Shown: positions 52,512 to 64,000 of the stretch, one piece after another
Layout of the letters: every line of letters starts with the position of its first letter
How positions within the stretch are numbered: the stretch's first letter is position 1
DNA from: Somniosus microcephalus
Taxonomy: Eukaryota
Assembly: GCA_052327205.1 (NCBI GenBank)
Contig: JBMRGM010000043.1
Span: 31,434,001-31,498,000 of the forward strand
DNA length: 64,000 nt
Direction: 5' to 3'
Made by a program: the position numbers and the translations under genes
The notes under the pieces: model-generated
The model's input: only the letters and a program-made list of their open reading frames with translations
Databases searched by the model: none
Told to the model about the DNA's origin: nothing

Positions 52512-53984
52512 GTAAGTTTTCTTTAGAGGGGAAAGATGCTGGTGAGAAATATCACGACCAATGCGGGTAGATTTCTAACTAACCTTCGCAAAGTAAACTG
52601 TCGGCCATCAGTTTTAGCAATGGCCCGATTGAAACACACACCCTTATCAATAAGATATTCCTTTGGACTGTGAAACGAGCAGCACATTCGCTGTCCACCC
52701 GTTATGGTCCCACACTGCCCAAAAGCAATTTTAACCCCGATGTCTATTATTCTCTATCATTGGGACAGATATGCTGCTTGCGACTTGGGCTTAAAGAGGG
52801 CGATGACGGTCTTTCACACAGAATAGAAAACACACATTTTTAATTTGCAATGATTTGAATTAAAAATAGAATCCGGCGGTTCCAGTCGACGCCAGTTTTA
52901 AGCCTGGGCCGAATTTGTGAAATCTAAATCATTCTGTCTGCAAAGGTCGCTGCTAAACTTGCTCCACACCACTAAAGTAGCCCCTGATTAGTAATTTAAA
53001 TCCCGACCATTATTTTAAAATTCAGTTGCCAGTTGTTTACAGAATAATAAAGAACATTTTAGTTTCGTTCCACCGAAAGATCATTGCAAACATGGGTGCA
53101 GTAGATTATTGGTTACATAACTGGATCAATAATCCAGAGGTCTCGAATAATGGTCCGAAGATATGAGTTCAAATCCCAGCACTGGCAGCTGGGGAAAGTA
53201 AATTCAGTTAATTAAATACATCTGGAATAAAAAGCTCATAACAGTAATGGTGACCATGACACTCTCTGGTTGTTGTAAAACCCAACTAATGTCCTCAAGG
53301 AAGGAAATTGGCTGTCCTTACCTGGTCTACCCTATATGTGACTCCAGACTCACTAGCAATGAGGTTGACCCTTAACTGCCCCTAAAATGGCCGAGCAAGC
53401 CAATCAATTGTACCAAACTGCAAGAAAAGGCATTAACCCTATGGGAACACCTCCCCCTCCAAGTCACACACCATCCTGACTTGGAAGTATATTGCCATTC
53501 CTTCAGCGCTGCCGGGTCAAACTCCTGGAACTCACTCCCTACCAGCACTGTGGGAGCACCTTCACAACACAGACTGCAGCATTTCAAGAAGGCGGCTCGC
53601 CACCATCTTCTCAAGGGCAATTAGGAATGGGCAATAAATGCTGGCCTTGCCAGCGACGCCCACATCCCGTCAATGAATAAAAAATTATCATCGCTTGTTT
53701 AAATTTAGTCGGTGGTTTATTCATTGCTCGTTTCAATCCAACCATTTTATTTTGATTTTTAACTATAAAAGTAAATTAATAGAGGAATTATAAGTGAAAT
53801 TGTGTGAGCTCAGCCAATTAATTGTCAGTAGTTTTGACCATACTGTAAATCGGGCAATATTGAATTGGCCATCCATTATCCATCTCTCCCGACTTCCCTT
53901 CCACTGAAATCACCACTGATTCTCTCTCGCCAGCTGTGCACCATCACCTGAGACCAATTTCAGCCCCATATTCTTTAATTCCAG

Positions 53985-54113
53985 GATAACAAGATTGGTC
54001 CCAGCGACTATTGTGTCACGTACGCCACAGTTAACCGCACAAACACTGAAGCTAGTTTGGAAGGACGTCCAATGGAAGAAGGCTGTGTCTACGAAAACCT
54101 TCCACGGAAATAA
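53985..54113 (+). CDS. Terminal coding exon, gene B (ITIM VTYATV, YENL)
   Basis: DNKIGPSDYCVTYATVNRTNTEASLEGRPMEEGCVYENLPRK*. Confidence 0.88.
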   Translation, partial: DNKIGPSDYCVTYATVNRTNTEASLEGRPMEEGCVYENLPRK

Positions 54114-57100
54114 GAGAGAAGCAGGATTAAAAAGCATGGATACAACAAGAAAACAGAATGGAGGCAACGACAATCAACTTGTGCTCTGTGCAAACTACCT
54201 GCCCTCAGGGACTTTAGTCTGAAGGCAGGTTAGGCCATTGTTCCTTGTGCAACGCCTTCTAGGCACAGCGTTCCTGCCCACCAGCCATTCAATTTATACA
54301 TATGTTTTACTCTGACAGGACTTTATATCTCGAGGGATATCATGTCGCAAGCTTTGCAGCTGATATTTTGCACAGGGAACCTATGTGTGGCTTTGGTGGT
54401 GCTACGTGCAAGTCTATACAGTGTGTAAGAATATTGCACCGGAACGTACACCCAGGCTAGCCATGTTCTAATGCAATTAGTTAATGGATGCGTTTGGGGC
54501 TCTTGCTCTCTTGTTCCGCCAGTGTACTTGCATTCTTCCAAAACTGCAGAGGGAGATCAGTGGATCCCCTGGAGAAATTATGCAAATGCCCGAAGATGAT
54601 GGGAGAAATCCTGTAGCAATTTCTAGGGTCAATTTTATCTTAAGTCATGTTGTAAAATGAATGTTATCGAACTGACCACCTATGTGACCCCATGACCCCA
54701 TGACATATTTCCTTTTCCATTAACTTCAATGTAAAGTAAAACCGGGCATGCTGTATAATGGGAGCCTTGATTGATATCGTCCATTTGCCACTCTCGCCCA
54801 ATATTCAAATTATTCCAATCTATATGAATGCCAGAAAAAAACTGTGTATAGAGTAAGTGGTTACTGTTTAATCTTCATCAATTGGGAGTTTAGCATTGCA
54901 TTGGCAGAGCGCAGGGTAGAATATCTGGTGGGAAGGATGGCCCATTACTTGCCAAGCCCATCGAATTTTGCTTTCTTTCAACCTTCAAAAAGCAGGCCGT
55001 TCCGTTACCGGCATCCCTTGTGCCAAACTTTCCTTCCACGTTCCGGCAGTACAGACTGAACTTTACCTCACCACATATTAGTGCCAGATGCATAAGACAT
55101 AGCGTTTTGTAATGCTACATGGATGATGGGATTTTTAAAATTTACACGGAATTTAAAGCACAGTAACTGGCATTCTGCCCAAGTGGCCTGTGCTGGCGTT
55201 TATGTTCCACACGAGACTCTTCTCACCTTCCCTCATCTAATCCTATCAACATATCCATTTTGTAACATATAACATAAAAACATAAGAATTAGGAGCAGGA
55301 GTAGACCATATGGTCCCTCGAGGCTGCTCTGGCGTTCAGTAAGATCGTGGCAGATCTTCGACCTTAACTCCACTTGCCCGCCCGATTTCCATATCCCTTG
55401 TTTGAACTAGAATCCAAAAATCGATTTTATCTCAGCCTTGAATGTACTCAATGATTCTGCATACACACCAAATTGGGGAAGTGCATTACAAAGACTCACA
55501 ACCCTCTGAGTTAAGAAATTCCACCTCATGGCTGACCCCATAACCTCAGACTATGTCCCCGAGTTTTAGAATCTCCAGCCAGGGGAAACTGCCTCTCAAC
55601 ATCTATCCTGTAAATCCCCCCAGAATCCTAGATCATCTCTCATTCTTCTAAATCCCAGTGAGTATGGTCCCAATCTACTCAATATGTCCTCTTCGGACAA
55701 CCCTCTCATCCCGGGAATCAATCTAGTGGACCCTCATTGAACCGCCTCTGTGATGGAGACCACAAAAGGACACAATACTCTAATGTGGTCCAACAACATT
55801 TCTATACAAATTTAACATGGCTTCTCTCCTTTTCCATTCATTTCCTCTAGAAATGGACTCCAATACTTCGGTAGCAACTTGTTTTTCTAATTTTAATGAT
55901 TTGTGAATGTGCACCCCTGGATCCCTTGCTCCTCTACCCCATTTAGATTCTAATTTTTCGAGAATAATGTGGCTTCCTCATTCCTCGGACCAAAATTCAC
56001 AACCTAACTATGTTAAAATTCGCTTGCCATGTACACGCCCATTCAGCATGTTTATTAACGTCTTTTTGTATTTTATCGTGCTTCAACAATAACTGTTTTA
56101 ATCGTTGAATAATAAATACAATTTTAAGAAATATTCCCTGTTGTTCACAGATTGACATCAAGTGTAAGTCTATTCAGAACGATTTCAACCAAACCTTCTG
56201 CTAATTCAATGCACAAATACAGTGGCTTTAGTTTGTATTTGGGGAATGACCATACGGTACTGCCTGGAGACTCCCTCCAAATGAGTGGGTAGGACAGGGG
56301 AGGGAAAATATATTTCTGATGTCTTTAACTCATATTCCGCTGCATATTTAAAATATATATATTTATTTTAATCACTAAATATTCTGGGATGCGGCACAAT
56401 ACGAAAATGGAAACAATTAATTTTGATGATGGCGCCAAAACGATTAATCTCTTTTTCTAAAAGTTAGAGAAAGGAATAACAAAAATTCTGTTAGTTCCTT
56501 ATGGGCATTCCATATATTGTTATAGCGCATTGTCGGTCTGTTTTATCTACCTATTGATCTATCTTTTTGTGTTAGATTTACTAATTATCTAACTATGTGT
56601 CTGTTTATTCATCGTCAGTATCACAAATAATCAAAGGCATGCAACAATAGGACAATTGAAGTTCCAATTATGGATTGTACCAGTAGAATACTACAGGTAC
56701 TAACCATAGACTCTGTCAGTGGGACAGTATAATTGACAAACAAAGGCCTGTACGAGTAGGACAATAAAGTTTGAAAAAGACCTGCAGCAATAGGACAATT
56801 TAAACAGTCATCAAAATATCTGATCTAGTATAGGTACTACTCATAGGCATGCACATATAGGACAGTATAACAAATGATTAGAGACATGCAGCAGTCGGAC
56901 ATTATAGGCACTATTTATAGAGCTGTACCAGAAGGACAGTGAATGTACTGAGCATTGCCCGCCACCTGTAGGGCTATATATGTACTGATTACTAACTGCA
57001 CGAGTAGTAAATTAAAAATTCCTTATCCAGTGTCTCTTTATCGCTCCCAGTCATAGACAGACACCAATTGAACTGCGCAGATTCTAATTAGAGTTCGCCA

Positions 57101-58072
57101 CAATAGTAAAGAATTGGTATTTATTGGAGATCTGGGCAAAGAGGACAGTATCACTACCAATAGCTGAACTGTACTAGAAGTGCTATCTAAGCACTAATCA
57201 TATACATTCTGCAGTAGGAGAGTCGAGGCAGCAATCATAGACCTGCACCAGTAGGTGATATCTAGAGTGAGCCCGAGAGAGGAGCAATACTGTGCGACTC
57301 AAGGAGATGCCCCATATAAGCCTGGTATTAGGCTTCAGTAATTTGAGGTTCGAATCACCCATTTGCTAAACATTAATGACGAGATTGAACTCACGGGATT
57401 TAAATGGTTAATTGTGCCAGAGTGTAACAGGTTCAGTGGTCCGATTTTTCGCTGGTATCAGCACTTCGCCTCCCTTCCCCCTCTAAAGTTGTACCAGGCC
57501 ACATACACAGAGCTGGGGTGACCGCTTCCCTAAGCCTGTGGAAAAAAGCAAGCCTTCAGCCTGGGGCCACAGAGCAGGCCAGTCTCTCTGTTAACGGTAT
57601 AACTGTGGTTAAAATAAATCATATTTAAAACAGTTTGAAGCGGTGTCTCCAGCATGGATGCCAACTGTTCGCTTCTGATCAGAATTCATTTTAAAACTGA
57701 CAAGGCTCAGTTAACTTTTCAGCGTTAGAGTGGACTCGTCATCACGTCCGGTTTGATTTCCTGTTGTCTCCAATATGGTCAGAAGTCAGACTGATCTCAG
57801 TGTGCAGTCGCCTGGTGCATGAACAGTGAGCTCCACAGCTGTAGACTGCTTCTTGGGGAACTCGCTCCAGCCGCTGTCTCCTCATTCACCGTAAGTACAG
57901 ACTCGGGATCTGTGCGTGCAGGCGTTTGGTACTGAAGAATTAGAACAGTGTCAGCGGCTGAATGTGATTCTATGATTTCACTTTTCAGGTGAACAGAACT
58001 GAAAACAGCTGATCCGAAGCGCGCGTCTTCACAGAGGGAGGTGGACTGCTGCTCGGATCCCCCGCATTCGAA

Positions 58073-58103
58073 ATGAAGCACATCTGTCGCCTTCTGATCT
58101 TCA
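58073..58103 (+). CDS. Signal peptide exon S1, gene C
   Basis: 31 nt MKHICRLLIF then GTAAGT. Confidence 0.72.
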
Positions 58104-60805
58104 GTAAGTGAATCTCAAATATTTCCAGTGCCTTTGAAAGTCAACGTCACTCACCCCTGACAGTTAATCAGATTAATAAGACTCATTCTGTGAGAGGGAT
58201 CATCACGCTATATTAATATTCAGAGATTATTAAGGTCAAACATTCATTTAAAATGCATTGAAATGTCATTTCTATGCTTCCGTTTTAATCAAAATTGAAT
58301 GCAACAACAGAAATATGTTTGCTTAGTCAGGCTAACAGGATCTTTCTGCTCATCTAAGGGGATCCCTCTTTACTATTAAAGGTTGCAGCCCACTTAAGAT
58401 TGCTTCTAAACGGTCCAATGTTCATTATTTTACCAATTATTTAGCCTCACCTGCAGAATCTGGTTGGACATTTCTTATTGTTCTAGTTTTGCTTATGAGG
58501 AAAAAAATTTTTTATACGCTTCATATCAAGTATCAGCGTTGGCTCAGTTGACTCACTCTTACAAATTGCTATTAATACATGCGGTGAGATTTAAAGTGCC
58601 TGGCTTCTGTAGCTAGATGTTAAAATTGGTCCGTATCATTGCTTGATGATTCGAGATCCACAGGCAAGTTTCTTGTTAACATCTGCCACAGAGAGAGAGA
58701 GAAAGATAGAGAGCAAGAGAACGGCAGAGCGAGAGAGAGATAGGGACAGAGAGAGACAGATAGACAAAGATAGGAAGAAAGTAACAATCTAGATGTGCAC
58801 GAGGGAGAGTGACAGAGAGAGTGAGAGCGAGGGCAGGAGTGTTTTTCAACTCAGCTTTTCACATTCTTTATGAAGGGCTTATTTTATTTTCAGGTGTGAG
58901 GGACAAAATATATATTAGCAGGACGACATCCCTTGAGTTAACAAAGCTGAGGAGAACACATTTACTATGATTTTACTTGAGCTAAACTGACGGCTTTAGG
59001 GTGTTTGGCAGGGAAATTAAAAATGCTGGATCTTTAAAATTAATTTCTGATGCTGTTTACTGGAATTTAGAGATAAGTGACTCTTTATGGCCACATGGCT
59101 TTGAGGCTACTTTTCTGTGAGATGCTGACGTCAGCGCTCTATTGTCTTGTTACCCACTGGACCACAAGACCAGCAAACAGGAACAAATAACAGGGTTTGC
59201 ATCTTTAATGTACCACCGACTCTTTCACCAGAATCTCATCTTTTTCAATAACTTGACATTAGTTGTGGGACCATGTTGATTAAATCTAGTTCGACAGATT
59301 AATGAGGTAGAGCATAAAAGATGTGAAGTTAATCTCAAATTGATCATTCTTAAGCATATAATAGGCCCCATGATTTATTTGTTGCACAGCACATGAAACC
59401 CACTTTTTGGAAATATTGGCCTAACTGAATGCTTGAAACATTCACCCTATTGAGTCCCAGCTGGACAAAAGTCCCAGGGTCTCCATGTTGAACAATGAAA
59501 TACAGACACATCTGCACTGATCATTGACCCATTTGCAATTATTTTTGCAAAGTTGCAGCGACAGGCATTGCCTTAATAGTGTGATTCCTGTGGTCTGAGG
59601 CGTGATAAAAGCTTTCTGCTGCTTTCTGCTTCTAGCTGCTGGGTCATGTATTGCCTTCACGAGTATCAGTTGCAACCCTGGCAATAATTGTAATTCTGAT
59701 TAGGTTAAAGATGAGTTAACTGATAATAGGAACATAACAACAGGAGTAGGCCATTCAGCCCTTCGAGACAGCTCTGTCATTCAATTATATGATGGTTGAT
59801 CTGTACCTCCACTCCAGTTAACCTACCTGGCTCAGTATCCATTGTTACCCTTACTCAACTAGTGTCAGCCGAGGCTCAGTGTATAGCATTCTCGCCTCTG
59901 AGTCAGAAGGGTCGTGGATTCCGTTCCCACTACAGGGACCTGAGCACAATCATCTAAGCTGATACTCCAGTGCAGTGCTGAGGGAGTGCCGCACTTTCGG
60001 ATTGGCTGTCTTTCGGATGAGACGTTACAGTGAGGCCCCTTCCAGGGTGTTTATCCCTGATGCCCTGGGCAATATTTGTCCATCAATGATGTAACAAGAA
60101 CAGATAATCTGCTCATTATCAACATCATTGTGTGAACATTGGCTGCCACATTCCTACAGTCACTTAACTTTAAAAGTCTTTCATTGGTTTTAAAACGCTT
60201 TCGGAAGTCTTGAAAGGTGCTATAGAAATGCAACTATTTCTTTCATTTTAATAAATAAATGATCGATCTCCATCTTTAAAGCACCAATTTACCCCCAGAA
60301 TCCACAGCGTTTTTTGCAAAGAGCGTTGCAATTTCTCACTGCACATTGTGTGAAAAAGTGCTTCCTGATTTCCATCCTAAATGGCCTATAAACAATTTTA
60401 AAGGAATGCTTCCTTCTCCATGACAGAACAATCACACTCAGTGACTCTCAGAACAATGACCATTTCAATCTTTGTCAGTATCCATTCATCTGGCAGCAAC
60501 TTTTCCGTGTAGTCCTCAGACCATTAGGAACTTAACTAAAAACAATTTATCTTTGTTCGTGAGAGGGACAACTGGCATCATTCGATGTGTTAATATTTTA
60601 CATTTACTTTAACTGAAGTGAATACATGTCGCCACGTATAGACTGGTGGCAAATGTGTTACTGCCTGCTATGTGTCCCTGCCGAGGTCAAATTTCACCCC
60701 TGGGTGTTTCCTCTATTCAGCTGCCTTACAGCTTAGCAGCTTTGGTCAAACATGAAGATGGCCTTAGATAATGAAACATATTTTACTTTGTCTTCTCTCT
60801 TTCAG

Positions 60806-60835
60806 TGCAAGTTACTCATCAGGCGACCACACAAG
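60806..60835 (+). CDS. Signal peptide mini-exon S2, gene C
   Basis: 30 nt, MQVTHQATTQ; tcAG / GTATGA. Confidence 0.75.
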
Positions 60836-61219
60836 GTATGATGACAATAATGTCCATTATTGATAATAATGCAGTTTGTGGAATGAACGCTTCAAATTTA
60901 TATCTAGAGGACAGCAGCAATCCAGCAATGGAGTAATTGTCAGCTGTTCACCCGAGTGTAAAACTGACCTTCTGGATTCGCGACCTATAAGAGAAACGCT
61001 CGATCATCATTTTAATTGATTGAGTGGGAATATTAAGTGGGCGGTTTCTCTAACAGTCAGCCAATCAGAACCCCAGTTATAAGCCTCAGCGCCAAGTTTA
61101 ATGTCCAGCACAATTTATTAAAGACAAAGTGACCTATAAATTGGCCTGGGTAACTGCCAGCTCAGTCACCTGAGGATTGGAAGCGAGTAATAATAAATGA
61201 GTAAATAAATGGATGGATA

Positions 61220-61810
61220 AATAGACAGTTCTTTGATGAAGTAACAGCGAGTGTTGATGAAATTAGTGCGTTAATGTTGGTTATAGACTTTCAAAAAGCG
61301 CTTAATGAAGATCAACGTAACAGACTTGTTAGCAAAATTGAAACCAATGTGAATAAGGGGAAGTGGCAGTGTGGTTAAGAAATGGACTGAGACAAAAAGC
61401 AGAGACTAGTTGTGAAGTGAATATTCAGCGGTGTCTCGCAGATGTCTGTATTGAGACCTCTGTTCTGTCTGATATTTATATATCACCTGGATTTGGGTAC
61501 ACATGGGCACAATTACAAGCCTTACAAAAGTCATGAAGCTCGGAAATGTAGTAAGGAATACGAAAGGTCGAAGCAGGCTTCAGGATGATAAAGACAGAGG
61601 GGCGAAATAGGCAGACACATGGCAGATACAATTTAATGCTGGAAATTGCAAAGGAAAGTTACTAAAAGTGTACCAGGGACACGGGATTTCAGTTGCATGG
61701 AGAAACTAGGGCTGTTCTCCTTTGAGCACAGAAGTTTAAGGTGTGATTTGATAAAGGTGTTCAAAGTCATGAAAGCTTTTGATACAGTAAATAAGGAGAC
61801 ACTTTTAAAA
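61220..61810 (+). mobile_element. Degenerate CR1 fragment
   Basis: DFQKA and LGLFSFEHRSLRCDLIKVFK homology. Confidence 0.7.
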
Positions 61811-62142
61811 TGTAAGTTAATTGTTATATTTGAAACGCCTACCACCTGATACAGGGAGGCGATTGTGCCACAAAACCATTGGTCCTTATGAAAATCATAG
61901 CGGGCAGAGATTCGGGCTAAAGGGATGGTAAGCCTACCGATCCCATCTCGAGGTTCTTACCACCCGATTTCGGCAAGTTAATGTCACCTCTTAAATAGAA
62001 ATTTTGGTCAACAGCCCGCCAAAAGTTAGCGCCTGTTTGGGACACTGAGTAGAAATAACCACTCTATTTATTACAGTGGATATTTCATAGATTAGAAGTT
62101 CAATATTTCTAACAACAAATTCCTTTTAATGTCTTTCTGCAG

Positions 62143-62376
62143 CTTCTGGACCGGAAGTGCTGGTTAGTTATCCCAGCAGTGGAGTCGTAAAGGAAGGAGA
62201 TACATTTAAACTGCAGGGCCGATACACTTATTGGTGGAAAAATAATGAAAAGTTACCTGAATCTTATGGGGATATTTATGAATCGCTTGTCGACAGTAGC
62301 AGTGGCGGCTCTGACCAGTGTGAAATGTTTTCGGTAGAATGGCGGAGGAGTGAGACTTTGGAAGTGGTCACCATCG
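62143..62376 (+). CDS. Ig exon D1, gene C, lacking the first Cys
   Basis: 234 nt open, ASGPEVLV..EGDTFKLQG..YWWKN..GGSDQC..LEVVTI; cAG / GTAGGT. Confidence 0.75.
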
Positions 62377-63088
62377 GTAGGTGAACTTTGACACTTAAAA
62401 TCTGTATTTATCTACCGTCTTTCACGACCTCCGATAGCACCATAGTGGGCAGCGAGTGAGCCAGGCCTATTGTTGATTATTGGCTGCTGAGTCAAACCGC
62501 TGGAAGTGGCCAGCTTCGGTCGCTGAACTTTGACCCATAGTCAGCTCAGCTCTTGTCCCGAAAGGTTACGTTTTTAAAGAGGCCTCTCACTAAATCGTAA
62601 GACAGTGTAGCAAACATATTATATACTTGAACAAAATTGCCAAATGTTCACCGGGGTGAAGCGTGCGGCCAGTCCACAAAACTGAAGTCCCTCTTCCCTG
62701 ATACCATTCTGGTGCAACTCCCTTCAACCAGCTCTGTTCTAAATAGAACAATCCCAGCTCCTTTAGTCTCACCACACCTGATGAACAAATAAAAGTCGCT
62801 CCTTGAGAGAGGGCCGAGTTTGTTGCTCATTTGTAGAATCGGGTTTCTAAGTAAAAGTTATTTGATGAACGTTTGCAGGACAACATACGGGGAGTCAGCT
62901 GAACATTAGAAGGGACACGTGACTTTATAATGCCACACCTGTCGCTATGGCTTTTCGGGTTATAGATGTGTTCATTACTGAAGTGATTAGTATAGCTGCA
63001 CTTTAAAGGAAATATACTATAGGATGTCATACATGTAATTTAACATATTCCAATTTGTACTTACTTAATATTTCTTTCATACTGTCAG

Positions 63089-63349
63089 CTTCTGATATGA
63101 TTATAACTCTTAAAGTAAATCCAAGAGCCGCGCTGTCAGGAGAACCAATTATCCTGAATTGTTTGGTGTCTGACCAGAAAGGGACAGGATACTTCCTGTG
63201 GTATCAGAAAGAAGAGATAATAATTGGAATTTTTCAATCTCAATACATCATAGCTAAAGTGGATATTGCAGATGAGGCATCTTATCGGTGCGAACACAGA
63301 ATATGCTACAGGAAGTGGCTCTCACCGGAAGTTAACCTCACCATAACAG
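63089..63349 (+). CDS. Ig exon D2, gene C
   Basis: 261 nt, ASDMIITLKVNP..IILNC..LWYQK..DEASYRC..SPEVNLTIT; cAG / GTTAAT. Confidence 0.85.
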
Positions 63350-63729
63350 GTTAATCCCTGGTTTGGTTGTTTTCCTCCAAAATTTGCTGCTTGGTAATTT
63401 GCGGAAAGATGGAAAATGAATCGAAGTGCATTCTTTGACCAGAAAAGTTCTGATGAAATTGGTAAATATTTGCAATTACTGGGAAAACATCCCAAGCTGG
63501 GCACTTTAGGCAAGTTTCTGGGTCGCATGTGGCAACATAACACACTCTGTTACTGTAAGGGCCCCATGAATCCATAGGAGGGGAGGTCTCCTTCTCGGTT
63601 GCACCTGAGAACTATTGAGAAATGTCGTGGGGGGTCATTTGCAATTCATTTCCGTGCTCTCAAGCTGCTGTGCGATTTCATGTGTAACCCCGTGCTCATA
63701 TCACTGGGACTAGCGTCAGTAATAAGAAG

Positions 63730-63925
63730 GTGGTTAGAATGTGGAACTCGCTCCCACAGGGAGTAGTTGATGAAACTGCATTTAATGTGAAGATAGGTAG
63801 GCACATGTGGGAGAAAGCAATATATGGATATGTTGCTGGGGTAGATGATGAAAGGTGGCCAAAGACACGTGTTGAGGATAAGCACCTGCATGGACTTATA
63901 GGGCCGAATGACTCTCTGCTGTAAA
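63730..63925 (+). mobile_element. CR1 3' end fragment
   Basis: VRMWNSLPQGVV, GGGCCGAATG tail. Confidence 0.7.
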
Positions 63926-64000
63926 TACTGGGAGCAATTTACTATGAGTCTGGTGGTGGTGATCCAGTTTTCCCCAATAGTTTCCTATCCATTTAGCCAT

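Larger units (their letters stand above)
28917..54113 (+). other. Gene B: complete FCRL-like inhibitory receptor gene
   Basis: Two signal exons, six Ig exons (one pseudo), TM exon, seven cytoplasmic exons; paralogous to gene A exon by exon over the shared region. Confidence 0.82.

Overview
Eukaryotic, intron-rich DNA, very probably from a cartilaginous fish (inferred from HE1/V-SINE, SacSINE1/DeuSINE-type SINEs and abundant CR1- and L2-type LINE fragments). The window holds a head-to-tail tandem array (period ~29-31 kb, all on +) of three multi-exon immunoglobulin-superfamily receptor genes of Fc-receptor-like (FCRL) type, which I reconstructed by hand from splice sites and reading phase. Gene A (5' part outside the window) ends at 23969, gene B is complete at 28917-54113, and gene C starts at 58073 and runs off the 3' end. 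The architecture is a split signal peptide (31-nt exon plus 30-nt mini-exon), several phase-1 Ig exons, an uncharged TM exon, and small cytoplasmic exons carrying three canonical ITIMs and a terminal YEN motif. The copies differ by exon duplication, deletion, pseudo-exon formation, splice-site loss and strongly diverged N-terminal domains. The rest is retroelement debris, a hairpin-bearing MITE-like family and simple repeats. No prokaryotic features, CRISPR arrays or RNA genes are supported.
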